Source of the DNA: Oikopleura dioica
Taxonomy: Eukaryota > Animalia > Chordata
Direction: 5' to 3'
Assembly (NCBI GenBank): GCA_907165135.1
Contig: OU015570.1
Location: 124,001-188,000, forward strand
Length of the DNA: 64,000 nucleotides
Shown: in pieces, positions 22,071 to 35,699 of the stretch
Numbering within the stretch: the stretch's first letter is position 1
Layout of the letters: every line of letters begins with the position of its first letter
Translations under genes and position numbers: made by a program
The notes under the pieces: generated by a model
Told to the model about the DNA's origin: nothing
The model's input: only the letters and a program-made list of their open reading frames with translations
The model's database searches: none

Positions 22071-23074
22071 TTTCAGTCGACTTTTAACAGGCTTTCCGTT
22101 TGTATTTTTCAGTGTTCAATAGCTCAAATAAAAGCTCAGGAAAAATTGAAGGTACATTTTGACGATTTTTAAAAAATCAATAAAAAATTGGCCTTAGAAT
22201 TTTTCGAATAACAAATTTCATCACAAATGAAAACCCTCAAAATGAACCTTCAGTTTTTGATGAGCTTTCGTTTGAGCTATCAAACATCGAAAAATTCCAT
22301 CAAAAAGTTGCTCAAAAAATGACTCAAAGTTTGCCCAAAATGGCCATTTTCACCATCTTCTAGCGTCACCTGTGACGTTTTCGCCTTATATTTCTGAGCC
22401 AAATCTTGACGGCTGACGACGGGTTTCATTCTTTGTAAAGAATGATTCTTTTCGCAAAGAATGAAAGCCGTTTATTCCTAGGCGAAAAAACGGGTTTCAG
22501 TCTTTTTCCAATATTCTAGAAAATTCGTTTCTCATAATGCATAAACAATTTGTTTTTTCGAAAAATTGCCACAGTGATACTTTTTTCAATCATTTTTACT
22601 CTAAGACTTCAAGTTTCCTATAAAACTGGCGCGAAGCGCTCAATCGCTTCTGGTTTTTGTGTTCTACGATAGACTCTCCATAAAAATTGACGATGAAGCG
22701 CACATGAAGTCTTTAATGAGTAATTTCTTGACCACTCGATTCAAAATTTTATGGGCTTTCTTATGAGCACAAGAAAGGCCGAAGTCAATTTTTCCCTGCA
22801 AAAGTTTTTAATTTCATCAAAAACATCCTATTTCTTCCTCTGAAATTTTCTCGGTTAGACGAATGTCCACAAAATTGGGCTACACAAAAGAAAAGAAATC
22901 TAGTCAGGAATCACGTCGTGGTTATTAAGGGACAAGACTCAAAGGAACAGGATTAAAAGCTGGTGTTGGAAGATTAAAAGCTAAAGTCCCTTCCCTTTAT
23001 ACGAGAAAAGATGAAGGCAAGGAACAACTTGACGAACATTTTTGAAATATATTTTCTGAATTATTGTTAAAATC

Positions 23075-23541
23075 GGTTGTCACTTCTAACCTTTCGGGAT
23101 CCCGAATGTTTCGGGATTTCCCGAATCATTCGGGAGTTATGTTGAGGATTACGTTATAAAAGTGGTCTTAATGCCGAATGAGGGCATTTTACTAATCAAA
23201 AGATAAATTCGATGGTCTTAGAAGACCAGACATTTTATCAATGTTGAATTTGCAATCAAAGAGATTGTGTGCTCTCCACGCCTTTTATATGGAGAACTTC
23301 ATTAGTTTTAGATCAAATTATTCGAGTAGATTATTTTTTCGATCACGCCTTCATTTGCGCCAATAATTTATTGGCAATAAAGATGTATTTCGACGTTACT
23401 GTTTGGCTTAAAATATGTTTTGGGATAGAAATTATTGAAAGCCATTCCCGAAAGGATCGAAGACATAAAGGCTCTTTTTGCTGCGAACGTTACGGGAAAT
23501 CCTCAGATATTCGGGATCCCGAAAGGTTGGAAGATTCAACC
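23075..23541. mobile_element. MITE with TTCGGGATCCCGAA palindromic subrepeats
   Basis: GGTTG..CTTC(T/C)AACCTTTCGGG inverted ends; inverted second copy at 37948-38417. Confidence 0.75.
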
Positions 23542-23683
23542 GACATAACCCCATACGGAGGCATTTTTAAGAAAAAGTTATTCACTTTTTTGGCCCCCGA
23601 TCTTTTAGCCTATTAAGTTTTTAATATGTTTTAGAGAATCAAAAACTTTTGTCTTTATTCAGTTAGTATTTATCACAGAAGTA

Positions 23684-23843
23684 CAATGGTGTGGGAGTTT
23701 CCGCACCCCTAAAGAGCGGGTAAAAGGTACGGAAACGCAGCACTCACTTTTGCTACTTCTAGAAGAAATTAGTAGAAAAAGTGCGGGCTCGGGGTGCGGC
23801 AACGCAGCACTCACAAAGGGTGCGGAAACTCCTCACACCACTG
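23684..23843. mobile_element. Small TA-flanked Tc1-like MITE
   Basis: CA(A/G)TGGTGTG.GGAGTTTCCGCACCC TIRs; TA flanks. Confidence 0.8.
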
Positions 23844-24450
23844 TACTTAATAAAAGTAAAAGGATTAAAATTTAAATTTTGCATATTTATGACCATTTGA
23901 GTACTTCGAGTACTGAAATTCTTGAAAAATTTCTAAAATCTGAAAAAGTACAAAAGTACTGTATACGAATGGAAAAGAAATTTTTCCCTTCGGAAAAAAT
24001 TTATTTGGGAAAAGATATACTGATGCGAAATAGCTCTTGCTACCTCTGACTAAATCTACTTTTTATCAAGGAGTTGCTAGTTTGGGTAGACGGCGGGTTC
24101 GCGTCTTTATGAAGAATGATTCTTTTTCGCAAAGAATGGTTCTTTCTTTCGAAGAACCATTCTTTTTCAAGCCCCTCGAAAAAGAATGATTCTTTTTGTT
24201 TAGATGGAATTTCCTATCTAGAATCGTTATCACAAAAAGGAAGATCTATAAATGGAATCCGAAAGCATAGAAAATATTCTCAGACGAAAGAAAATAATTC
24301 AGGAGTAGCTGTGACAGTGTTTGTTTTATATTGCACAGCGCTTTTTGAACGTTTCTAGAATAGGGATGAGTAAGTCACATGACTTTCAAAACCACTTTAC
24401 TCACTAGTTTGGACCTTTAGCTAAATTTTAAGCTCTTAGCGGACATTCTA

Positions 24451-24603
24451 CCATCAGGGATCCCTGTAGTGCGCTGACTCATCCGCCGCCCCATCAGCGC
24501 GCTTTCTTTTGGCCGCTTCAGAGGCAAAAGGGAAAGATGGGCGCTGTACGCTCGACGAATCAGAGCGCTGTATTCTCCGGCGCATTACAGGGATCCCTGA
24601 TGG
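24451..24603. mobile_element. Small TA-flanked MITE
   Basis: TIR CCATCAGGGATCCCTGTA; TA flanks. Confidence 0.8.
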
Positions 24604-25465
24604 TAGCAAGTTTTTGCTCGGAGATTAAGGACTTCACAAAATGTGTAAAAATCGGAAAAATCAGTGATTTCGTTATTAATGAGGTAATTTATCATTGATA
24701 ACGTGATCATTAGATTTCTAAAACCCCTTACTCACGAGATAAGACCCTTAGCTACATTTTAAGCCCTTCGGGGACAATCTACGATGTCCATGCTTGGAGA
24801 TTAAGGACTCCCCAACTTTATGCAATATAAAACGAACACTCTAGGAAACTAAAAAGGATAAAAAGTCAAAAATTGAAGATAGCGTTTGATGAAAAAAGAA
24901 CAATTATCATATTTCTTTTTCTAGAATATCGGACAAAGACGTGAACCCGCCCATAAAGCCGATATAAGCGGGTTCACGTGAACCCGCCGTCAACGGGTAG
25001 TTTGTTTATGTCGAAAAATTTCAGTTGGCACGACTCGTTTACAAAAGCACAAAACAGCTGAGAGCGTCATCAGGCGCAGCATCAGATAAAGGTCAATCGA
25101 AACTTGAGCTCGACAGATTGCGTCTCTTCAACTTCTCTAAAGCCCGAAATCGGTCAAGCGAACATTACAACATCAAAAATCAATTAAATAGAGGCGCGGA
25201 AAGATCAAGTGAATAATGGAAAAGGTAAAAGGCAGAAAATAAAGAATCGAAGTAAAATATTTTTCTCGCAGCTGTCAACAGAGCCCCAGCACATTGAAGG
25301 GACACTAGTTCTGGGCGCGAACGACGCTGCATTTCCTGCTGCGCTGTTTCTTTTAGTCAATTTTCTAGTGATTGAGTTGTTGCATAGTCTTGAAACTTTC
25401 ACAGATAGCACAAAGAGGCATGTTTCTTTAACATATTCAAAAATCAGAGGATTAGAAGGTCGGTT

Positions 25466-26226
25466 GGTGGTATGCGGTCATGTGGGGTCCGGTACCCACG
25501 TTCCGAATTTTTGGCTTACGTGGGTACCAAGGGGTGACGGCGGGAGTGAGTCTTTGTTCTAGAAACTTTTTCAACTTGAAAATATAGTCGAAGCGGTAAA
25601 CGTATAACCCGTTTTATCAATGAATTTTCTCTAAGACAAGCGCGGAGCGCACAAACGGTCAGAAAATGGTTTGAAATGTCATTTTCACTGACTTTTAGGT
25701 TATTCCTTCATGCTAAATAAGGAACTGTTGAATAGAAATGATTCAGAAGAGATTTCTAGAGACGTAAACAATTGCTCGAAAAAGACTCAGTCTTTTATTT
25801 TTCTAAAAAAGACTCACTGCACGAAGAAAAAGACTGAGTCTTTGCGCGAAGACTCAGTCTTTACAAAAACTCACTCTTGCCGTCAACCGTACCAAGCTTT
25901 TCGAATACAAGTCTGCTCAAGAAAAGAGATAACTCCAAAAATGTACCGAAATGAGTTTTCTTATTATCCAACCGCGGAGCGGACACTTCCCTTTTTTCTT
26001 TGTTAGGGTAAGGGTTTAGGTAAGGGTTAGTTTTTACGCTCCGACCAATTTTATATAAGAATTAGCCTTCTATAAGTATTAACACAATCATGTTTTTCTT
26101 TCTAGAAAACATATTGACGAAAAAGGGTACCCACGCTCAGAGAAGAGGATTATCGTGGGTACTAATACCCACGTTCAAGAGAGTGAGCGAACAGGGGTAC
26201 CGGTACCCACACGACCACCTACAACC
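25466..26226. mobile_element. GG..CC MITE with 8-bp TSD (TACCCACG subrepeats)
   Basis: TSD GGTCGGTT at 25458-65 and 26227-34; related copy at 56357-56863. Confidence 0.8.
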
Positions 26227-26344
26227 GGTCGGTTGGATTGTTAAAAGTAGAGAAACTTATTTCTGGGCCTCGCTCGCGAGAATCCCTACGCATCAGTGTC
26301 GTATGTCTGGGGGTTTCATTAGAAGGTGTCTGTTAGTCTGAGCG

Positions 26345-27334
26345 CAGGGATGTACATTTTCTAAAATTTTCAACTGCGGTGCGGTGCGAACTGCGATTTT
26401 TTCACGATTTTCTGCGGTGCGAACTGCGAGATTTAAAATTTTCTCTTCGCAGTGCGGCGCAGACTGCGATTTTCTGCGATCTTCGGAAAAAATTGAAAAA
26501 TGCGGTAAATTCTGCGATTTTCTGCGAAACTGCGGAAAATAAGCTGAAACTGCGCTTAATTCTGCGATTTTTTGTGAAAAAATGCGAAATTTTCTGCGAA
26601 ATGCGATCCGAGTGAAAAGAGTGGTCATTATTATGACGGGCAGAGTTGCATTTTTGAAAATTTTTCTAAGCTAAGCAAGAGGGCCGTCTCAGCCCCGTTC
26701 CATGATTTTTAAGTTTAAGGGGCTTGACGGCCCTTCGGGCCGTCTCAGCCCCGTTCCATGATTTTTAAGTTTAAGGGGCTTGACGGCCCTTCGTTCCATG
26801 ATTTTTAAGTTTAAGGGCTTGACGGCCCTTCGGGCCGTCTCAGCCCCGTTCCATGATTTTTAAGTTTAAGGGGCTTGACAAAGGCTTTGAACTATGAGTT
26901 GATCAATCTCAGTTCTGTCCCCAACCCCTCCCTCACCCATTATTTAAAAAATTAAAATTATCACTGTTTTTAGCTCAATTATGGTTTTGATTTAAAGTTT
27001 GATCAAGTTGGGCGAACGGCGACTTGGACAAACGGAGACCATTCTTACGACGCCCTATTTTTCGTATATTTCCAGTAACACACAAGAGAAAAACTTGAAA
27101 AAATTGCTGGAAAATGACCGCAAAATCCGCAGTCTGCGAACTGCGAGATTAATCAAAAACTGCGGAAAATGACTGTGGAAAAATCGCAGTTTTCGAAAAT
27201 TCTGCGAAAACTGCGGACTGCGGTGCGATGTGCATACGTGTGCTATGACTGCGCTGCGAAGTGCGAATTTCCGCAGTTCGCAGGTCGCACTGCGAAGGTT
27301 TCTGCGATTTCCCCACTGCGAATGTACATCCCTG
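26345..27334. mobile_element. hAT MITE with CTGCG-rich arms; contains a 56-bp minisatellite variant
   Basis: TIR CAGGGATGTACATT; 8-bp TSD TCTGAGCG. Confidence 0.9.
26681..26880. repeat. About 3.5 units of the 56-bp hairpin minisatellite
   Basis: AGCCCCGTTCCATGATTTTTAAGTTTAAGGGGCTTGACGGCCCTTCGGGCCGTCTC; downstream flank resembles 4178-4230. Confidence 0.85.
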
Positions 27335-28593
27335 TCTGAGCGGTTCGTTTGAGCTTTTGCGTTCATCTCCGCGAATGGCAAGTCGAGAGCGTGTTCTTTT
27401 GGTGTTTTGTGTCTGCGGCGTCTCCGGCTATTGCATTTGATGATGATGTAGATCGCGTGCAATAAATTGATGAAAAAGTTCTGAGAGTTTCCATTACATA
27501 TATCGGTGCGATGAATTTTTGTAGAGATATTCTCTAGCAGTTCTCGCGCGTTTGGTGACTCAGTGACTACGGTTTGTTTCATAAGTTCGAGAGTTGTCTA
27601 GTTCATTTAAATCATTGTATTGCCCATTTCCTACACCGTGTGAAGGTTTTTCAATCTTCGCGTTCATTTTATCCATTATGTCGTCTTCTTAAAAGGTTTC
27701 GGGTCTGGCCAATGCTGCCTGCGTATAAGAAGACTACCTTGGATACCTGATTTAAGGCACCCCAATTAAAGGCACCAATTTAATAAGGCACACGTCTAAC
27801 TCTAGTTGAACGTTGATTGCGCGTGAGTTGCACTCTTGCATTTATAGAACGATAATTGTCAGGTTGCGAAGTGTACAAAGTAATCAATCAACCAGTTTCA
27901 CCTGTGAAACCGGTGCTGCAAGGAAAACCGCGTCGCATTCATGTGTATTCACCCATGACTACGTATGAGACATGTAACGTAAGGTTAACCGAAACCTTAT
28001 ATTGTACAGTTTGCGTTCTCACTTGAATCGGCTTGATGTTGGCCATGACTGAGTCGACTTCTCGTGTTCCGGGGATAATCGCGCTGATTCGGAGTATTTG
28101 TGGTCCACAGTTTCGGGCTCCGGCGAAGTGTGTTCGCTTTGTAGTGCTTATTGTATTGTATGACTATAGCGCCTTCTTTCTGAAAGCTAGCTTGCCCTTA
28201 GCGCGCGAAGAGCGCATGCCGCGCACTGTACCTGACCAATACAGTTCTAGCCAAGCAGCGAGCGCGCAGGTGCTGTAAAAACCAAAGTCCTTCAGTTGGA
28301 TTGCACTTTCCTATATATCTGTCAGCAAATCAATAACGCATCTTACTTCTGTTTTATTATACTTTATTCAAAAGTAATGAACTGAGTGACATCATAAGTT
28401 GGCATCATCGGTAAAAACTCTCGACGTCTGAGCTTTGGTTATTTTTTATCCGCAGAAAAACTTGCCTGAATAAGTTTCGCGATCAGTTTCAAAGCTATGA
28501 GCTTATCCCTTCCCCGCCTCTTTCTTTTCCTCTCCTTCCCTGCGTGTGTTCCCCGAGAAATTTGAACGTGTTGTACGAGATGTTGGCAACTTA

Positions 28594-29501
28594 TTAAGCC
28601 AAGATGACAAAGGCGCTGACGTGGGTAAGAGTTTTGATTCGTTCTTCAGCTCTGTTTGATATATTAGTGGTGACGCTTCTCTGCCCTAGAAAATTACTGA
28701 CCGTGCAGGTGTATATCTTCTCTAAATCTCGCTCTTCACGAAGGGTTATACTCGCCGAGACATTCTGTTTCTTAGTATCTCTCCAGACATCCTTGACAGT
28801 CTATTTTCTTGTCGGATTAGGATTGCCAATTGAATTGCAGAAAACTTCACGATCGTTTCTTGTTTTCACCGGCATGGTCGGGGAGAACGTAACGTTAAGT
28901 CGAATCACATTTGAGAACGCTTCTTGAAGCTCGTGTTCAATTTTACACTGGATCTCGAGTTTGTTAAGACTTTGCGTCGGCTCGAAGAAAATAGTTTGTC
29001 TTATGCCTTCTGCCGTCATCCGAGTTCTTGTTTTAAATTTCTCGGTGATATTAGTTTGTGTTGGCGTTTCCCAAGTTTTTTGCGCTTTTGGCTTCCCCGG
29101 ATCCAAGAGACATGTCGCGACGTCTACCCATGGATCTTGTGGGGCTCTCAGGTACTGTCTGTGCTGTTCGAGAGCATGGATTCTTGGTCGTCTTAGTGTT
29201 ATCACCTGCGTCTCTCGGTAACGTAGAATTCTCTCGTCCGACCAAATTTTATGTGCGTCGATAACACAAAGATATTTACCTTCATCGTTCAGCGTCGCAT
29301 TTTCGACCTCTAGAGAGCTTGACTTTGCTTCACATTCGGTCCGGCTTTTTTCCACATTTTTTCGTAGTTTTCGAAGTCCATAAGGGTGCGAGTCCTATTC
29401 CGATTGAATGAATTTGTAAATCCGTTGATTGACCTTTCTGATATTAAGCTCTGTGAGACGGTAAAATACAGTATAATAATGCATGACGATGGCACACGCA
29501 C
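28594..29501 (-). CDS. Intronless nectin/CD155-like protein with three Ig domains (two apparent frameshifts)
   Basis: LEVENATLNDEGKYLC (DxGxYxC); VATCLLDPGKPKAQKTW...IQCKIEH (CD80/nectin C2-type); FCNSIGNPNP...IYTCTVSNFLG; hydrophobic N-terminal CIIILYFTVS and C-terminal VSAFVILA*; upstream boundary uncertain. Confidence 0.75.
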
Positions 29502-32500
29502 GAAAACGGACGAGGCATATCCGCAAAGCCGGATAGACCCTCTCCGGGCACGTGGCGTTGCTAATCGTCATAGTGCTGAAAAGGCGCTCTAGTGACACCA
29601 CTAGCGCCCTCCACGGTGAGCGTAAATATCGCGAGCCGAAAGCACATCAACACACATGTTTTATTGATAATAAAGAGACCGCAATGTCTCCTCAAAAACT
29701 AGCAACAATAAACAAATAGAGATATATGATAGTAAGTAGTAGAGTAATAGGTGATAGTGAGATAGAGGTAGAATTACTATTTATACTGGTGACTGAGAAC
29801 TCGCGTCTAGAAATCTATAACTTATAATTGTTTTTCTTTTCTCGAAGCTTTTATTTTTCGATTCTTACGTCATTACTGATTAATCAGCCTCAGCTGACTT
29901 CGGTTCAAAACGTTACGATTGACTTAATTAACCTTTTTTTTCTACTATTACATTCACTTTACGGAAAATACGCCTGGTCTGGGACGGTCTTAATCAGCCG
30001 AAGCGTCCCAAACCAGGATTATTTTTGCTCTCGCCTCTAGCGCCACTTTCATATTAAAAAGCACCCCCCAGGCGTGCGCCTTTGATCTTTAAATGGCCCG
30101 ACCGTCCCAAACCAGGCGTATTTTTGACCGTCCTAGACCAGGATTAGTTTCTGTACTTCATTTCATATTTTCTTAGGTCCCATTTTCTAACTTTCTTAAC
30201 GAATTTATTTCTTTTCGCGAGTTAGTTTAAATGGTGTTTAAACTCATGGTGTCAACTTGGTACAATTTTGGTCTTGTTAATTTACATTTTTGTTTATTTA
30301 TAAACAAACTTGTCTGCTGTAGAAATTTTTCGACTTTGTTCTTCGGCCTAATAACAATAATTTTCTTTGCCAGCCGGAATCACTCACTTCCGTTAGAAAA
30401 TTATAACAGACTTAATGTACCGTTATTTTTAGTCTTAACTCTCAGAAGCTAACAAAACTTGATTTTTTCTCTTCTGACAAAAATCGCTAGTTTTATATTC
30501 ACTCATTGACAATTTTTAGTCATCAAACGTGAATGAGCATGCGCTACTCCTATTTCAAAACCGGTCATTGTCGTGAAAAGCAGAGATTTTGCGTTTTATC
30601 TCTTGCTTTATTAGCTTTCCTATATCTTCGGGAGGAAACTATAATTCACTTTTTCTTTTCTTGTAATAGAAATAACGTTTCCAATTACCCCAAAAATCAG
30701 CTACTGGGGCGGGAACTCGTGGGCCTTGATCAACCCACTAAAAATGAGAATAACCCGGACTTAATTCTCAAAACTGATAAAAGAAATCACTTCTTTATTA
30801 AAACCGGCGGGAGGCGCACCTTTAAAAATCTTTGAGGAACTAAACAAGTCTGGCTCACTTCCCTTTAAATTTCTTAAAGATAGAGTAAAGTCTTAATCTT
30901 ATTTCTTTTAAGATTACGGAGATAAAAGTAAAACTTATTTTTCATCCGATCCTAGATAGATCTAGACTCAAAACTGTCACAACTTCATTTCTCACTTCTT
31001 ATCTCACAAGAAGCTTCAAAGTGTTTCAGTCTCGCTTCTGAAAGTTAACTGAAAATTTTGTTTTTCCTATTATTAATATAGGCTTTAAGATTTCTAATCA
31101 AAATTTTTCTTTTTCTTCTCTAAGCCACAATTTGTCAGTCAAATCTAAGGCAATTTTTTTTTCAGAGCACTAATTTCAAACGCCTTGAGCGCTAGAATTT
31201 TGATGGCGCTGAGTGCTTTTAGAAAGAGTTTGCGCTGCAATTTCGAAAGCGCTAGAATTTCAAATAAATGTAAGCGCTGAAATTGCAAATTCTCTGATTA
31301 GATAATCCTTCAGATAAGGCTTCTTTTGGAAACCATTTAGACAATCACACCATTCTAAAAATTTTACTTAGAAATGAAACTTTACTAGAAAAATTTATGG
31401 TCCCACAACTTCGCTGATCATCATCCTCTGGTTAGAAGCTTATTTTTCGTTTTTTCAAGACTCCTAATTAAAAATTATTCTTCTTCTTTTTGTAATCCGC
31501 AAATTTTTCCTTTGTCGAAAAAATATATAATATTTCTTACCATCCCAATTGGGAAAATCGCGGCCAGGCACTTGCCGGTTCTTCCCTCTAATTTGCTCTA
31601 GTTGACTCTCGCTCATTGGAGGGGAACCATAATCCCAAAAAATCTCATGGAACATCGCACTTTCTCTCTCTCAGACTGAGAAAATGCCGCTAGATTGCCG
31701 CTAAAATCTAGCTAGAATGCCTCAGGGCCGACGAACAGCAAGCAACTTGCAGTATATTTCCACAAACGCTTGGTTTTTAACCTTAGCTAGGGAATCTGTA
31801 GCTTCACAAAAATTGGTTTTTACCAAAAAAGTCCAAAACTTGCCATTTTACTATTGGTATTAACCAAAAAGACTTATATCTTGCCATTTTTCCTATTTGG
31901 TTTTACCAAAGAGGTTTTTCACCTCGCAAAGACTCACGTCTTTCCGTCCAATTTGGTTTTTACCAAAGAGGTTTTCACCTGGCAAAGATTTTGCTTGAAA
32001 TCTTTTGATTTAGTTTTAACTAAAAAGAATTCCCACCTCAAAATTTCTTTGTTAACAATCAAGAAATACCTTCACTTGAATTCATCAAACTCAACCATCA
32101 ACAACGATTTTTCTTTTTTAAAAAAAGAAAAAGGGGGCGGGGGACAAGGATGATAAGAAGAAGAAGATCAAAAATCAAAATAAAAATCGAAAAAATCAAA
32201 ATCAAATATTTACATATGTCTTATTCATTATAACTGTATTTAACTTCCCTATTTTCAATCTGTTTTCATACATTAGTAAATTCGGTTCAGTTGTTTTCTA
32301 TTGGCTCCTATACAGCTCGGCATAATCATCGTAGATGCTTCCTTAGACGACGTATTCGGCACCAGTTGGAGTGTGTCTATCGATCATCGTTGAATATGGA
32401 ATGGCTCCACTTTTGTTTCAATAATAAAATCAGATAAAAGAATTAATCTTCATATTTCTCACTCTTCTTAAGCGGGTTTCTTCTTGGTTCCAGCGTTGGT

Positions 32501-33622
32501 TGGTTTTCTGAATGGCACTGTTAGTGAAATACTATTCCCTGTCCCGTTGGGAATTACCTTTCCTTACGTTGCTCTGTTTCTCTTCAGATACCTTGGTGGC
32601 TCTGGACATTCGAGCTAATTTTTTTCGGTCTCTACTTGTGAAGACTCTGCTTAATCTAGCTACTTACTGTTTCTTTCAAGTCTTCGCCGGACGATTGATA
32701 GGTTATTTTCGGAGCTCAAAAATGGCATACAGGAAATCATTCGTGCTAACAGAGCAATCTTTCCAAAAGGACAGATGTATTTCATCCCAATTCCTGTAAC
32801 TCCGGCGACGGCGAGAACCGATAAGATGCAGCCAACTAGCTGAGACAGAAATCATTTGAATCTTCTTAAAGCAATGGCTGATACCAAACTGATGATGGAG
32901 AATTTCGCTGATGTTAAATTTGAACCCGATGATTTCGTCGATAATCTGCATCTTAAACCTGAAAAATCTGCGAGTTTTTGGAATCTTTTCTTCTCAAAAA
33001 TACAGTGATTTCTTTTATTCTTCTGACAAATACTTTACTATTATTTGATAAGCAATCAAGTCAAAAAATATTCTTTAGAATGCATAAGGATTAACTTGCT
33101 TATGAAATTCGACAAATAAATGTATCCGTAAAGGCAACGGTTAATGCCGATTCGGCCACTGCCTAATTCAGAGATTGGACGTTTCCTATATTGAAATATA
33201 TTGAAGCACCATTTCTGATCATTTTTTTGACTTGATTGCATCAAAAGTGTTATCTGAACCAAATATATTCACCGCGCCATTTTAACTGAAAGTATTGTAC
33301 AAATTCGCGAACCGCGATTAAAAGTGATGAAATACTTTTGGTGACTAAGATTCACAAATATTTTTTTTAGTCAATAAATTTTTTTCATATGGTGACTGAC
33401 AGAATGCCGCCATTCAATGATCACACGTATTCTGATTGTTAGTCTGGTTGTTATTCTGATTATATTCATATTGCGTAAATTCTATTCCGATTGTGATTCA
33501 TATTGACCTATGACAGAAGTTTTTGATCTTAACCGCATCGAACCGCACTCCTTACCAGCCGGTTACAACCGTCGAAACAACAAAAAAGTTGTTTTTATTA
33601 AAAGACTTACTATCTTGATTAA

Positions 33623-34102
33623 CCGTATGCGTCTCGGTCAGAGCAGCCCCTGTGCGGCTCGCGGGGGAATTTTTTTCACCCGCCCATCTAGTAGAATTTA
33701 TGCCTTATTTTACGCGTCTTCGGAGCAAAATGGGGTGAGTCTCGTGTTATCAGTGTCTTGCAGACAGATAATCTTCAATTTTTGGTGTTTTTTAGGCGAG
33801 CTAGAGACTGTTATGTAATAAATTTCATGTTCTGGAGACGAAAACGCACCAATTTTACGCGCGTTCCTTCGATTTTTTAGACAGATTTCATGTTCTCGAG
33901 ACAAAAAATGGCTATTTTTGACGGTTTTTTACAATTTACTCATTGATGAAAAATACCAACATATCATTTTTATGATCTAAGAAGATAGAAAATTCGATGT
34001 TGATTCTTATTCTTTTTGAATTTTTGAATTTGGACCAAAAATGGCCGAGAAATTGGCAAAAAAGGGGTGCGGGGAAAAAGTTCCCCCGCGAGCCGCATAC
34101 GG
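33623..34102. mobile_element. piggyBac-like MITE
   Basis: TTAA|CCGTATGCG...CGCATACGG|TTAA; left end doubled. Confidence 0.8.
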
Positions 34103-35699
34103 TTAATGTTTCTGATATTGGTCCTCCACCAGTTGGTCTTCCAGTAAGGGTCCTCCGGAAGGTCCTCCGGCAATAAGAGGCCAAATTTTTATTATGTGAT
34201 CAGTTTGAGGTACAGTTTTTTCCTCTTTTGTGGACCCCAAGTTTGTGGACATTTTCTTGATTTTAAGGGGTTTACGTGGGACACTATTGCAAAGATAATG
34301 TTCCACTTTTGTGGACATTTTTCCTGATAAGAAAATTTTAGAGGCAATAATAGCATATTTTTTCAAAAATCAAGGGTTATTTTTGAAAAATGAAGGGCTA
34401 AAGCTGTTAAATTTGTCGAAAAAACATAAACATAAGCAAGAGAAAGGCGTTTCAAGAATGAAATTTGTCATTTTTCTATAAAAACTTATGTTTGAAAAAA
34501 TTTTAATACACTACGGCGGGACATTTTTTGGGAACCCTTGCCCACTTTTGTGGACATTTTTCCGAATATTTGGGACAAAGAGTGTCCACAAAAGAGGAAA
34601 AGAACTGTAATTTAAACCCTTTTCTTTCATAAACTGTCTAAAAATAAATCTTCTGATATCATCCTGTATCGAATTTGATTTTTGAAAGTTTTTCATCCCA
34701 AGAAAGTCTAAACTTTTGCAAAATCGACCGAAACTTCTGACGGAAAAGTCGGATGGCGCTAATTTTTGGCTGAGATAGGTTTTAACACACAGCGAATAAG
34801 ATGGTTGTGTAATGAGATTCATTCGAGCAAAAAAATTTTCTTGGCCGACCCTATTTTACAATTATCGATTTCCGCAAATGATCTCGTAAACAATGCCAAA
34901 ATTTTCTTTGTAAATCGAGCAGTTTTCACCCTAGCGTATTCAAATTTCGAGAGCAATGAAATTGGTTATCCCTAACTTATCGAGCAGTTTCACTTCTTAG
35001 TTATCATTTTTCAATTTGTGAACACTTAAATTGAAATTCCGTAGTGATCGAGAAGTTTCACTATTTTTCTTCCCCTTTTTTTATTAAAAAAAACTAAGCA
35101 TCGTGCGATTGAGCTGGGATGATACCACCGTTTTTATATTGTGTGATTTGGCAACTGCACACATTCCCAAAATCTGGAGAATTCCGGCGCAAGGTGAAGA
35201 CAAGGGGTCCAAGTCGAGGGAGCAATTAACTTGTACATTATCTGTGTTATGCGAGCAAAAATCCATAGCGGCCTGCATTGAACTTTCATTGCGATGGAAC
35301 GGAGCTTGACTCTTCTTCAAGTGTGCATCATATCGCTAAAGTTGTGAACAATTTGTTGAGCATGGATATTCTTTTAGCAGCGCTTTTATACAGTGATAAC
35401 CAATTTTAAGGCCGGCCCTTTTAGGCCACTTTTTCGGAAAATCCCCCAAATCTGTCATCCTCAAAAAATCCATTTAAAGGCCACTTTCTTTCAATTTCTA
35501 TTCAATATCTGAAAGTTGCAGTGTCACTTGAAAAAACTTATATTTTTCGACTGCGGGATGTCCTGTGTTTAATCAAGATTTGGAAAAAATGATACTTTTT
35601 ATTTCTCTTTTTCTGTACCCTTTTATGATTTTTCTCATCAAATTTTCACTTAAATTTGAGTCCAAGAGTTCCAATCTATCATTAAATAGGCATGTATAA

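Noticed and set aside
29593-29830. LTR plus PBS upstream of the Ig gene (TGGTGTCA on the minus strand)
   Set aside because: Only 8 nt of PBS match, there is no preceding CA end, and no second LTR copy was found
31400-33300. Host gene exons suggested by short ORFs
   Set aside because: No consistent exon chain or recognisable domain could be assembled
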